From the NCBI GenBank assembly GCA_001817505.1, contig MHIM01000004.1, positions 6,953 through 70,952 of the forward strand: a stretch of DNA of 64,000 bases, read 5' to 3'. The notes under the pieces were generated by a model that had not been told where the DNA came from, ran no database searches, and worked only from the letters and a program-made list of their open reading frames with translations. The position numbers and the translations under genes are program-made. The DNA comes from Candidatus Buchananbacteria bacterium RIFCSPLOWO2_01_FULL_39_33. Its GTDB lineage: Bacteria > Patescibacteriota > Patescibacteriia > 2-01-FULL-39-33. This document shows positions 38,327-47,249 of this stretch, piece after piece (position 1 is the first letter of the stretch; every line of letters begins with the position of its first letter).

Positions 38327-39466
38327 CTATTCTTTTAATTTTACTCCGCCTCTTTTCTTAATTCCTTTGAGCGGAATGGAAACATAAAATGTCGTGCCGC
38401 CATTTTCAATTGACTCAAACCAAACCTGGCCATTTAATTTTTCCACCGCCAGTTGGACAATATAAAGACCCAAACCAGTGCCTTCAGTTAATTTTTCTTT
38501 GGCATTTTTAGCTCTAAACAATCTGCTAAATATTTGAGCTTGCTGGTCTTTGGGTATGCCAATGCCAGTATCAGCAATTTTAATTAAAAGCTTATTTTTA
38601 AGTTTATTGATACTAATAAAAACCTGGCCATTTTTAGGCGTGTACTTGACAGCGTTAGAAAGAAGGTTTTGGCCAATAATCCTGGCTAACTTAGAATCAA
38701 GAATAATGTTGGGAATTGATTTATCATACTTTTCTTCAATTCTTATTTTTTTATTCTTAATCAGAGGGAATAGTTCTGATAAAACGCTTTCAATAACCTC
38801 TTTAAAATTAACCACTTCTGGTTTGATGGTAATTGTCCCTAAATCTATCCTGGAAATATTCAAAAGATCATTTACTAATTCAATCATTCTTTGAGTGCCA
38901 TGATAAATTTCTTCAACGTATCGGTTTTGCTCTTTGGTTAATTTGCCGGTGTCACCAGTCAGCATCATCTCCGAATACCAATTAATAGTTGACAACGGCG
39001 TTCTAAGTTGATGGGAAGCCAAAGAGACAAATTCTGTCTTGGTCTGTTCAATTTCCTTATCCTGGGTGGTATCGCGAAAAATAATAAAACTGCCAATTAT
39101 TTTATCGTCTTTATCTTTAAAAGGTGTGACACTGATAGCCACCGAGACCGTCTTGCCATTGGATTTTAAAATAATGCTATTTTTATTAAAATCTCTTACA
39201 CTCTTGCCAGATTTAACTAATTTTTCAATTAAATCATTTAAATCTTTTCCAGTTTTTCCATCTACAAATCTTATGAAATTTTGTTTTTTATTAATAATAT
39301 GGCTTAGAGGCAATTCAATTAATTTCAAAGCCGTATTATTGGCATACAAAATAACGCCATCAATATTTAGAATAATAACAGCGTTAGGTGAATTATCAAC
39401 TACTGTTTTAAAAACTGATAAACCAATAACTTGGCTAGCTAAACTTCTCTTATTAAATAAAAACAT
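38327..39466 (-). CDS. PAS-domain sensor histidine kinase (soluble)
   Basis: PAS region, H-box HQLRTPLSTI, N-box NLLSNAVKYT, DTGIGIP and GTGLGL. Confidence 0.8.
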   Translation of the reverse strand: MFLFNKRSLASQVIGLSVFKTVVDNSPNAVIILNIDGVILYANNTALKLIELPLSHIINKKQNFIRFVDGKTGKDLNDLIEKLVKSGKSVRDFNKNSIILKSNGKTVSVAISVTPFKDKDDKIIGSFIIFRDTTQDKEIEQTKTEFVSLASHQLRTPLSTINWYSEMMLTGDTGKLTKEQNRYVEEIYHGTQRMIELVNDLLNISRIDLGTITIKPEVVNFKEVIESVLSELFPLIKNKKIRIEEKYDKSIPNIILDSKLARIIGQNLLSNAVKYTPKNGQVFISINKLKNKLLIKIADTGIGIPKDQQAQIFSRLFRAKNAKEKLTEGTGLGLYIVQLAVEKLNGQVWFESIENGGTTFYVSIPLKGIKKRGGVKLKE

Positions 39467-39510
39467 TACAAAATTAACTTAGGATATTAAAATTGGAAAA
39501 AATTAACTTT

Positions 39511-40047
39511 TTACCTGGTAATATTGATAGTGGCTCCACTTTCAGCATTGGGGGCAGTTATTGTCACCCGGCCGGTAGTGGCATCTTTCGAAATGGTATA
39601 ACCAGTGGTATCTCCGGCAGTAGCAGTCAAGCTGGGATCAACTGGCATAGAAACAATATAAGTGGGCACTAAATCGCCACTTAATTCAACCAAACCAGTG
39701 CAAGTTCCAGTATCTAAACAAATTGCCGTATCAGTCGTAGTTATAGCCGCTGGCAAGTAACCATTATTATCCAAAGAATACTGATAAACGGCATTTAAAA
39801 TAGTATTAACATCAACTTTTCTTTGAGCGTTTCTGGTATCGCCTAATTGTTTGCCGGGATTAATGGCAATAATGACAATACCGGCTAAAATGCCAATCGC
39901 CGCCACTACTAATAGAATTTCTAGCAGGGTGAATCCAGCACCACTTTTCTTCTTGGATAAGAAAGATACATTAAATTTATCACTTACATCACCGCTATCA
40001 AAGTGGTGCTGGGTGAAACCCCTTTGCTTTTGGAATAATTTTTTCAT
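39511..40047 (-). CDS. type IV pilin-like protein (prepilin N-terminal cleavage/methylation motif)
   Basis: KKKSGAGFTLLEILLVVAAIGILAGIVI with an unusually long (about 34 aa) leader. Confidence 0.7.
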   Translation of the reverse strand: MKKLFQKQRGFTQHHFDSGDVSDKFNVSFLSKKKSGAGFTLLEILLVVAAIGILAGIVIIAINPGKQLGDTRNAQRKVDVNTILNAVYQYSLDNNGYLPAAITTTDTAICLDTGTCTGLVELSGDLVPTYIVSMPVDPSLTATAGDTTGYTISKDATTGRVTITAPNAESGATINITR

Positions 40048-40088
40048 GTTTTTTAATTATTAATAATTATTAATATTATACCACTATA

Positions 40089-40529
40089 TTAAAAATCAGC
40101 CAATTCTTGCCAAGACAAAATATTAATTTGCGGATTAATCTGGTCAATATTTAATTTTACTTTTCTAACCGCCTTCCCAGCCTGGCCAGAGGCAATAATC
40201 AGCCGGCTTTCACTACCGGTATTAGCGACCGTAAAAGAGCAGCTGCCTTGAGTTAAAGATAAATTGCCAGAACCAGAAAAATTGATATCATTTCTTACTT
40301 CCTGAAGAGCCTGTTCAGCGCAAGCATTGGCTAAAGATTTGGCTTGAGCTGACTTTTCCAAAGACAGACTGGACTGGCTAGCGCCTAAACCTAATAAAAC
40401 CAAAGAAACTGTTATAGCCAAACCGACGGCACCGACTACTAAAACGCTAAGCAGGGTAACATAACCTTCGGTTTTGATTAATTTTTTATCTAAGCGAAGC
40501 CGAACCATAAAAGGTCTTGGTGTAATCAT
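40089..40529 (-). CDS. hypothetical pilus-associated membrane protein
   Basis: 146 aa, N-terminal TM helix, located inside the pilus operon. Confidence 0.35.
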   Translation of the reverse strand: MITPRPFMVRLRLDKKLIKTEGYVTLLSVLVVGAVGLAITVSLVLLGLGASQSSLSLEKSAQAKSLANACAEQALQEVRNDINFSGSGNLSLTQGSCSFTVANTGSESRLIIASGQAGKAVRKVKLNIDQINPQINILSWQELADF

Positions 40530-41343
40530 ACTCTTTTTTATTCTCCGGATTAATATGCTTTAAGGTAAATGTTATTCTGACAGTGCCGGGGGTATTAGTG
40601 ATAGACAAATTATCAAAATTTAAATTAGAGGATTCTATTCTAGAGGAGGTTAGATTAACCGGTAAATTAGATCCTTCGGCCATTAAAATAGCTGTGCCTG
40701 ACAAGCTAAAAATAGTCGGGCTTAATGAAATATCAGAAACATTCAAAGATAATTGCGAGGCGCTGCTACCGGCCATTGGTGAATTAATAACCTCGGAGTT
40801 GCGAATAGTTTGAGTGATTATATTCATCACCTGCCAACCCTGTTGTTCAACTTCTGAAACAACTTGGTTATCTACCCGCGATTGTAAAATTACCGATAAA
40901 AATATGGAAACAGTTAAAAGCATAGCTGATGACAGACCGATATAAAGCAATAATTCAATTAGGGTAAACCCAGCACCACTTTTATCGTTAACGATAAAAG
41001 TGGTGCTGGGTAAACCCTCAACCTCATTATTTTTTTTATTTTTATCAATATTAATATTAATCAATCCATTTCTCTTTTTTAATTCTCTTATTGCGTTGCC
41101 ATTATATTTTAATCTTTTCTCTCTAACCCTTGCTAATCGTTCTGTTTTATATGATTCATAATAAACTAAAGTCCAAGGCATATAACGCCTTGTTGATTTT
41201 TCTTTTCCACTATTATGTTTGGAAAATCTTCTTTTTAGATCTCCCGTTGAACCGATATATATCTCACTATTCATGTTATTTTTTAATAAATAAACATAAT
41301 ACATATAATTAAAAGTGGTGCTGGGTGAAACCTTTTTTATCAA
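40486..41343 (-). CDS. GIY-YIG nuclease domain (about 81 aa) fused in-frame to a prepilin-like protein
   Basis: YYVYLLKN..EIYIGSTGDLKRRFSKHN...WTLVYYESY is the GIY-YIG fold. No stop intervenes before KSGAGFTLIELLL and the pilin body. The listed start is TTG; the ATG (MYYVY) is at 41304. Confidence 0.5.
   Translation of the reverse strand: MIKKVSPSTTFNYMYYVYLLKNNMNSEIYIGSTGDLKRRFSKHNSGKEKSTRRYMPWTLVYYESYKTERLARVREKRLKYNGNAIRELKKRNGLININIDKNKKNNEVEGLPSTTFIVNDKSGAGFTLIELLLYIGLSSAMLLTVSIFLSVILQSRVDNQVVSEVEQQGWQVMNIITQTIRNSEVINSPMAGSSASQLSLNVSDISLSPTIFSLSGTAILMAEGSNLPVNLTSSRIESSNLNFDNLSITNTPGTVRITFTLKHINPENKKEYDYTKTFYGSASLR
40962..41017. repeat. 56-nt near-perfect palindrome spanning the pilin N-terminal coding region
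   Basis: gggtaaacccagcaccactttt-atcgttaacgat-aaaagtggtgctgggtaaaccc. Related arms lie at 39935..39948 and 40000..40013 (inverted pair) and 41311..41332. Confidence 0.7.
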
Positions 41344-41353
41344 TGACCATAAA

Positions 41354-43249
41354 TTAAGGAATAATATTGCTTATTAATTTAGTTGAACCGTCAAGCATAA
41401 TAAAATTTATACTCAAAGTAGTACCAGTCATATTTTTATTAAAAATAAGATAGGTTAGAGGGTAAGTAACTGATGGTAATAAAGTAAAGTTGCTGATGTT
41501 CTCGGTCGCACCCGAGTTATTGCTGCCGGTCCAAACTGAAACGGCATTAATAGTAATTCCTGTTATTTTGGTGCCACTAAATGCTCCAGTCCAAGAGACA
41601 ATCATTTGATCTAAAATTATGTCGGCGGCGCCAATATTAGAAATGGTCAAACCGATTACTCTTTTATTATTAGTAGAATCTATGCCGGCACCAGTAATAT
41701 TAACGTTTAACAAATCAGCCTGCGATTGCGCTAAAGTAGTGGCGCTGGGAACATCAGACAAAAGTGAGGTATTAGGCACTTCATCAGAGGTCTTGATGGC
41801 AAAATAATAAGTAGTGTTAGAAGACAGACCGGAAACTGTCAGAGATTGAGCAGTGCCAGCTATCAAAGGCGCTGGTTCGCCTGATACTTGAGTGGCTGTT
41901 GCCCAATTAGCTTCAGTGATCAGTGAAGTTGAATAGCGTATATCATAGGTTGTAGCCGTACCGGTATCACCATCATCACCGGGAGAAGTCCAACTTAATA
42001 AAACTGAATTCAGAGTTATATTGGAAATAGTTAAATTGGTAATAGCAGCTGGCGATGTTGTATCGACTGAAAGCGGCAAGGTAGCAACGCTGGGAACATT
42101 AGACAAAAGCGAGGTATTGGGCACTTCATCAGCGGTCTTAATGGCCAAGTAATAAATGGTTGAAGGTAATAAATTGGAAACTGTCGCTGATTGAGCAGTG
42201 CCAGCTACTTGAGGTATTGGTTCACCAGTTAATTGTAAAGCCGTTGCCCAATTGCTATCATTGATCGGATTAGTAGAATATCTAATATCATAAGAAGCGG
42301 CTGTTCCTGTATTGCCATCATCACCGGGAGCAGTCCAGGACAAATCAATTGAATCAGAAGTTGGATTAGAAACTGATAAATCAATTACCGCTGATGGCGG
42401 AGTGATATCGGCAATTGTTCCGGGAGAAAAAGTAGCGGTAGCAATTGAGCCATCAGCCATAATAAAATCAAGAGTAATGGTCGTGCCCGTCATATTCCTG
42501 TTAAAATCTAAAAAGTCAATTAGATAAACAGTATTGCCGACTGGCAGAGTAAAATCGGTAATATTTAAGGTAGTGCCTGAATTAGCGCTGCCACTCCAAA
42601 CTGAACTGCCGGCTAAATAAACATTATTTATTTTAGAACCGCCTTCTCCATTAATCCAAGAAACAACCATTTGATTAATAGTTATATCAGCTAAGCCGTT
42701 ATTTTTCAAAGTTAAACCAATTATCTTGGTATTATCTAAAGCATCAAGATCAGAAGAACTGCTATCAATAATCAAATCAGTAGCTTGAGAAGTTCCCAGA
42801 GCCATCCAATAAGTCAGATAAGTGTCTAAAGAAACACTGCCAGATCTTTGTAGATTCTGCTGCCAAGTTACAGTGGAAGTTATTTTTTTAGTATCGCTAT
42901 TGATAGGACTGATGGTAATTTGACGGGTAAAATTTCCAATAACATCACTGGAACCGGCAATATTCCAACGACCGCCGACAACTTGCAAGCCATAAGTGCC
43001 ATCAATCAAATTACTAAAATCATCATCTCTGATATTTTTAACCGCTTCCAATCCCTCCTCGGCTAAAAAAACCGCTTGAGCTCTTTGGCCAGATAAAACT
43101 GTGCTTTCTTGGCCATAAATTATAGCCCCGACCAAAGCAGTAGTTATCAGAATAAACACCGAGCTAGCCAAAATAACCTCTACCAAAGAAAAACCACGAT
43201 TAGTAACTAACCAATCCTTTGGCATTAATTGTGATAGTTTTTGAATCAT
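41354..43249 (-). CDS. large minor pilin/pseudopilin with two fibronectin type III domains
   Basis: Prepilin N-terminus RGFSLVEVILASSVFIL. Two near-identical FN3 repeats of about 95 aa (DLSWTAPGDDGNTGTAASYDIRYST...), flanked by two related beta-rich modules. Confidence 0.65.
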   Translation of the reverse strand: MIQKLSQLMPKDWLVTNRGFSLVEVILASSVFILITTALVGAIIYGQESTVLSGQRAQAVFLAEEGLEAVKNIRDDDFSNLIDGTYGLQVVGGRWNIAGSSDVIGNFTRQITISPINSDTKKITSTVTWQQNLQRSGSVSLDTYLTYWMALGTSQATDLIIDSSSSDLDALDNTKIIGLTLKNNGLADITINQMVVSWINGEGGSKINNVYLAGSSVWSGSANSGTTLNITDFTLPVGNTVYLIDFLDFNRNMTGTTITLDFIMADGSIATATFSPGTIADITPPSAVIDLSVSNPTSDSIDLSWTAPGDDGNTGTAASYDIRYSTNPINDSNWATALQLTGEPIPQVAGTAQSATVSNLLPSTIYYLAIKTADEVPNTSLLSNVPSVATLPLSVDTTSPAAITNLTISNITLNSVLLSWTSPGDDGDTGTATTYDIRYSTSLITEANWATATQVSGEPAPLIAGTAQSLTVSGLSSNTTYYFAIKTSDEVPNTSLLSDVPSATTLAQSQADLLNVNITGAGIDSTNNKRVIGLTISNIGAADIILDQMIVSWTGAFSGTKITGITINAVSVWTGSNNSGATENISNFTLLPSVTYPLTYLIFNKNMTGTTLSINFIMLDGSTKLISNIIP

Positions 43250-43649
43250 TAATAGTGGTTAAAATAAGCGTGCCAGAACTTTGCGGCCAGCCCGTGAATT
43301 TATTAAAAATTATTTCTTGATTGCCTGAAGGAGTTATGGTCTTAGCTAAATCAAAAACTTCATCAAAGCCGATATCGCGACTAAAATAACTGGCGCCTTT
43401 AAAAATTGTTATTTTATTGTTGCCAACATAAACACCCCAAGTCATGTCCCCTTCAACTGCTTGAGATAATAACTGTGCCCTTCTTAATGATTGGGCTACA
43501 GTATTGACAGCCAAATCAAGATCATTTCTGACTTGAAAGGACTGATAAACGGGTACACCAATACCAGCGATAATAGCAATCACTGCTATTGAAAGAAGCA
43601 TTTCCAGCAAAGTAAAACCAGTAATTTTATTAAACGATTTAAAACCCAT
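43200..43649 (-). CDS. pseudopilin (GspH/minor-pilin-like)
   Basis: ITGFTLLEMLLSIAVIAIIAGIG is a prepilin methylation motif. Confidence 0.6.
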   Translation of the reverse strand: MGFKSFNKITGFTLLEMLLSIAVIAIIAGIGVPVYQSFQVRNDLDLAVNTVAQSLRRAQLLSQAVEGDMTWGVYVGNNKITIFKGASYFSRDIGFDEVFDLAKTITPSGNQEIIFNKFTGWPQSSGTLILTTINDSKTITINAKGLVSY

Positions 43650-43659
43650 AATAGAATTT

Positions 43660-45132
43660 TTACTGGTTGATAAGTTCTACATAATCACCAAAGACCCAGC
43701 CAGTAGCGGCTGAAGGTAAAATTATTTCATACCAGCCAGCTTGCTCACTTTGATATTCATAAATCTCATCAGGATAAATCCTTAATAAGATACGGCCATT
43801 TAAATTGGGATTATCTCTGACATTTAAATAACCAACGGGGGTTGGTTTGATTTTTAATTTTTTAAGAGAAATAATATTCTCGGTAGTGGTAGCCAGTGGT
43901 TGTTCGGCTATTTCTTCAATTTCAATAATCGGTGAAGGCGGCAAAGGAGTTGAAGTTGATGACGACTGGCTCAAGCCGCCAATCAAGCTATAAATCGGTA
44001 AGATTACCGCCAAAGCCACCGCCACCACGCCCAGCCAGATTATTATCAAAAGAACCGGTTCAAGAATAATGGCTAAATTTTTAGTACTGATTTCTGTTTT
44101 CTCTTCAAAAATCTCGCCAATTTTTAACAAGGTCTCTGGCAGACAGCCTGATTTTTCAGCCGAACCGATCATTTGTTGAACGGGAATAGTTATTAATTTA
44201 TCACTATTTTTATAAAGGCCAAAAGTCCTATATATAGAATTGCCATTTTCAAGGCTTTTTTGTAAAAAATAAAAAAACTTTTTATAATTATAAAAAGTTG
44301 TAGCTTCAGCCAACGAGCTAATTGAATTAACAATTGGCAAGCCAGCCTTAAGCAGAGTACCTAAAATATAACCCAACTGGGCCATTTGCACTTGCTGGAT
44401 TAACTTGCCAACGCCGGGAATTTTAAAAAGAAGATACTGGCCAATGAATTTGGTCTTATAAAATATGAAGACAAAATAAATTATCAGCAGTAAAAATAAA
44501 ATTGAAATCGGAAAAAAAATAAAACCATAAACCTCTATAAATTTGCCAGTGGCTATTAAAACCTTAGTTAAAAATGGCAAGTCCAATCTTAATTGATTAA
44601 AAACGGAAGCTAAGCGGGGCAGAATAAACCAAGAAATCCCAATACCAATAACGCCAGTCAAAACTAAAACCAGCACCGGATACATCATAGCTGAATTTAC
44701 TTTTGACCTAAAAGACCTTTCTTTTTGCTGTTGGATAACTATTACCTTTAAATTATCGGCCAATTTGCCAGTTTCTTCGCCTATCCTGATCAGTGAAATA
44801 ATATGCTCGGGAAACAATTTACTTTCAATTAATGATTGGGATAAGGAAAAACCGGCATCAATATTACCTTTTAAATCACTGACTATGTCTTTTAATTTTT
44901 TTGATCTAATATCTGATTGGATGGCGTCTAAAGAAGATAAAAGATCCAGGCCTGATAATAAGAGCATAGATAAGTTTTCTATGAGATAATCTTTTTCTGC
45001 CGCCAAGCCGAAATTAGAAATAAAAGGCAGGTTAAAGCGCTTTTGATGAGTAGTTTTATATTCTTTTATGGCCTTAACCCGAGCTGGTAAAATTGTAGCT
45101 GTATTTTTTTTAACCTTTCTTTGACTAACCAT
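43660..45132 (-). CDS. pilC: type IV pilus platform protein PilC/GspF fused to a C-terminal SH3b-like domain
   Basis: Two GspF repeats with TM helices. After a Ser/Thr/Pro linker, the C-terminus reads YLNVRDNPNLNGRILLRIYPDE..GWYEIIL..GWVFGDYV, which is SH3b-like. Confidence 0.75.
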   Translation of the reverse strand: MVSQRKVKKNTATILPARVKAIKEYKTTHQKRFNLPFISNFGLAAEKDYLIENLSMLLLSGLDLLSSLDAIQSDIRSKKLKDIVSDLKGNIDAGFSLSQSLIESKLFPEHIISLIRIGEETGKLADNLKVIVIQQQKERSFRSKVNSAMMYPVLVLVLTGVIGIGISWFILPRLASVFNQLRLDLPFLTKVLIATGKFIEVYGFIFFPISILFLLLIIYFVFIFYKTKFIGQYLLFKIPGVGKLIQQVQMAQLGYILGTLLKAGLPIVNSISSLAEATTFYNYKKFFYFLQKSLENGNSIYRTFGLYKNSDKLITIPVQQMIGSAEKSGCLPETLLKIGEIFEEKTEISTKNLAIILEPVLLIIIWLGVVAVALAVILPIYSLIGGLSQSSSTSTPLPPSPIIEIEEIAEQPLATTTENIISLKKLKIKPTPVGYLNVRDNPNLNGRILLRIYPDEIYEYQSEQAGWYEIILPSAATGWVFGDYVELINQ

Positions 45133-45142
45133 TATTTATTTT

Positions 45143-46798
45143 TTAAGTTTTGTCGATAAAAGGAGGAGCGGCTACCCGCAGTAATTCTTCAATAGTCGTC
45201 TCACCCTGCTTGACTTTTATTAGGCCGTCTTCAAAAAGAGTTTGAGCGCCTTCTTTGGTGGCTAATTCCCAAATTCTCTGGGTAGATGGATTGGTTAATA
45301 TCAATTCTTTCATTTTTGGCGTTATAGAAATAAATTCAAAAATAGCTATTCGGCCTTTATAACCGGTCTGGTTGCAAACATGGCAACCCTTACCCTTATA
45401 AAGAGTGTTGGTTTTAGAAAAATATTCTTTAGCCGAAGGAAAAAATTTTGATAATTCATTAAGGCTGACAAAGTAACTATGACGACATGATTGGCAAACT
45501 TTTCTAACCAAACGCTGAGCAATTAAAACTTCCATGGTCGAAGCCAAGAGGAATGGTTCAATACCCATATCCAATAGACGAGGGATAGCGGTGGCAGCAT
45601 CATTAGCATGAAAGGTGGACAATAATAAATGACCGGTTAAAGCGGCATTAACCGCTATTTCAGCTGTCTCATTGTCTCTAATTTCACCAACTAAGATGAC
45701 ATCCGGGTCCTGACGGACAATGGAACGCAGACCTTTGGCAAAAGTTAAGTTGGTTTGCAGATTAACTTGTATTTGATTTAAACCAGCTATCCGGTATTCA
45801 ATGGGGTCTTCAATAGTAGTGATATTAATATCTATGTGGTTAAGTATTTTCAAAACGGCATAAAGGGTGGTGGTCTTGCCCGCGCCAGTGGGGCCAGTAA
45901 CCAAAATCATGCCAAAGGGCTTTTGCGAGGCCTCTTTGATTAATTTCTGATGGAGAGCGTTCAAACCCAAATCCGCCAAAGCAAAGGCCTTAACATATTC
46001 GGAGAGAAGGCGCATAACTATTTTTTCGCCCTCAATAATGGGTATGATGGAAACTCGAAAATCAATAATTCTTTCATTTTTTACAAAGTGGATAGATCCG
46101 TCTTGAGCAGCCAAATGCTCATCAGTTCTTAAATGGGCCTGAACTTTGATACGATTTAAAATATTTTCATAATAACCCTTTTTTATCCGACCCGCTTCTT
46201 GTAAAACCCCGTCTATTCTAAAGCGAATTATAACTTCCATGGCCTGCGGTTCAAAATGTATGTCAGAAGCCCGATAAAGAACAGCGTCTTCAAATATTTC
46301 TTCAAGGATCTCTGGAGCCACACGGGTTTGCATTTTAATGATTTGAGCAAAGCGAGTTGATAAGGGCTGCCGATAATTAACAAAAATATTATCAATATCT
46401 TGAGGCAATGAATAGGCCAATGTTATTTTTTTGTTGGGAAATATTTTTTCAACTTCTTTTAATATTTCTTTATTGGTCGGATCATCAGAAGCAATAATAA
46501 CGGACTTGGCCTCTTGAGAAAAAAGAACTAAGCGATGCTTTCTGGCTATATTTTCCGGTATTTTTAAGACCTGGGCGGCCGGTGGAATATTAGAATTTAA
46601 ATCAGCATAAGGCACTTTAAAAAATTCGGCTAAGGCCTGGCCCAATAAATCAAAACTAATCAATTGTTCAGTGATCAAATAATCAATTATGGAAACCTGA
46701 TTAACTGCAGCGTAATCATCGGCCTTTTTAAGATCACTCTCGGTTATATAATCGCCTTTCAAAAGGATAGCGCCTATTTTTTGGTCGTTAAGATTCAT
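45143..46798 (-). CDS. pilB: type IV pilus assembly ATPase PilB/GspE
   Basis: Walker A LVTGPTGAGKTTTL, Asp/His boxes, and a tetracysteine motif (CQSC...CHVC). Confidence 0.9.
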   Translation of the reverse strand: MNLNDQKIGAILLKGDYITESDLKKADDYAAVNQVSIIDYLITEQLISFDLLGQALAEFFKVPYADLNSNIPPAAQVLKIPENIARKHRLVLFSQEAKSVIIASDDPTNKEILKEVEKIFPNKKITLAYSLPQDIDNIFVNYRQPLSTRFAQIIKMQTRVAPEILEEIFEDAVLYRASDIHFEPQAMEVIIRFRIDGVLQEAGRIKKGYYENILNRIKVQAHLRTDEHLAAQDGSIHFVKNERIIDFRVSIIPIIEGEKIVMRLLSEYVKAFALADLGLNALHQKLIKEASQKPFGMILVTGPTGAGKTTTLYAVLKILNHIDINITTIEDPIEYRIAGLNQIQVNLQTNLTFAKGLRSIVRQDPDVILVGEIRDNETAEIAVNAALTGHLLLSTFHANDAATAIPRLLDMGIEPFLLASTMEVLIAQRLVRKVCQSCRHSYFVSLNELSKFFPSAKEYFSKTNTLYKGKGCHVCNQTGYKGRIAIFEFISITPKMKELILTNPSTQRIWELATKEGAQTLFEDGLIKVKQGETTIEELLRVAAPPFIDKT

Positions 46799-46817
46799 AA
46801 TTTAGATAAAAATTATT

Positions 46818-47198
46818 TTATTGATCCAATAACTTATTGATGTGGCCGACAACTTTGATAATTGGAGTGTTGGATTTAATAAAATAATCTTTAGCGCCCA
46901 GATTTTTGGCGCGCTGCAAATCCTCCTCCTGGCCTAAATTACTTAAAACAATAACCGGTATTTTAATGTTTTTACTTTTTAAAAATTCCATAATGCCAAA
47001 GCCATCAATTGGAGACATTACCAAATCAGTTAAAATAAGATCAAAATCTTCTTGGTTTAATAATTTAATGGCTTCTGTCCCATTAAAAACAGCTTTAGCC
47101 CGAAAATTAAGCTTATTTAATTTTAATTCTAAGGCCTGCGCCATTGGCTTTTCATCATCAACAATAAGTATCCTTTTACCCTTATTTTCCCTCTTCAT
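46818..47198 (-). CDS. stand-alone response regulator receiver domain
   Basis: ILIVDDE...LILTDLVMSPIDG is a CheY-like fold. 126 aa with no output domain. Confidence 0.8.
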   Translation of the reverse strand: MKRENKGKRILIVDDEKPMAQALELKLNKLNFRAKAVFNGTEAIKLLNQEDFDLILTDLVMSPIDGFGIMEFLKSKNIKIPVIVLSNLGQEEDLQRAKNLGAKDYFIKSNTPIIKVVGHINKLLDQ

Positions 47199-47249
47199 AA
47201 GAATTAATATAATGCTATTATTATAACATTATTTCCAAAATCAATAAAA

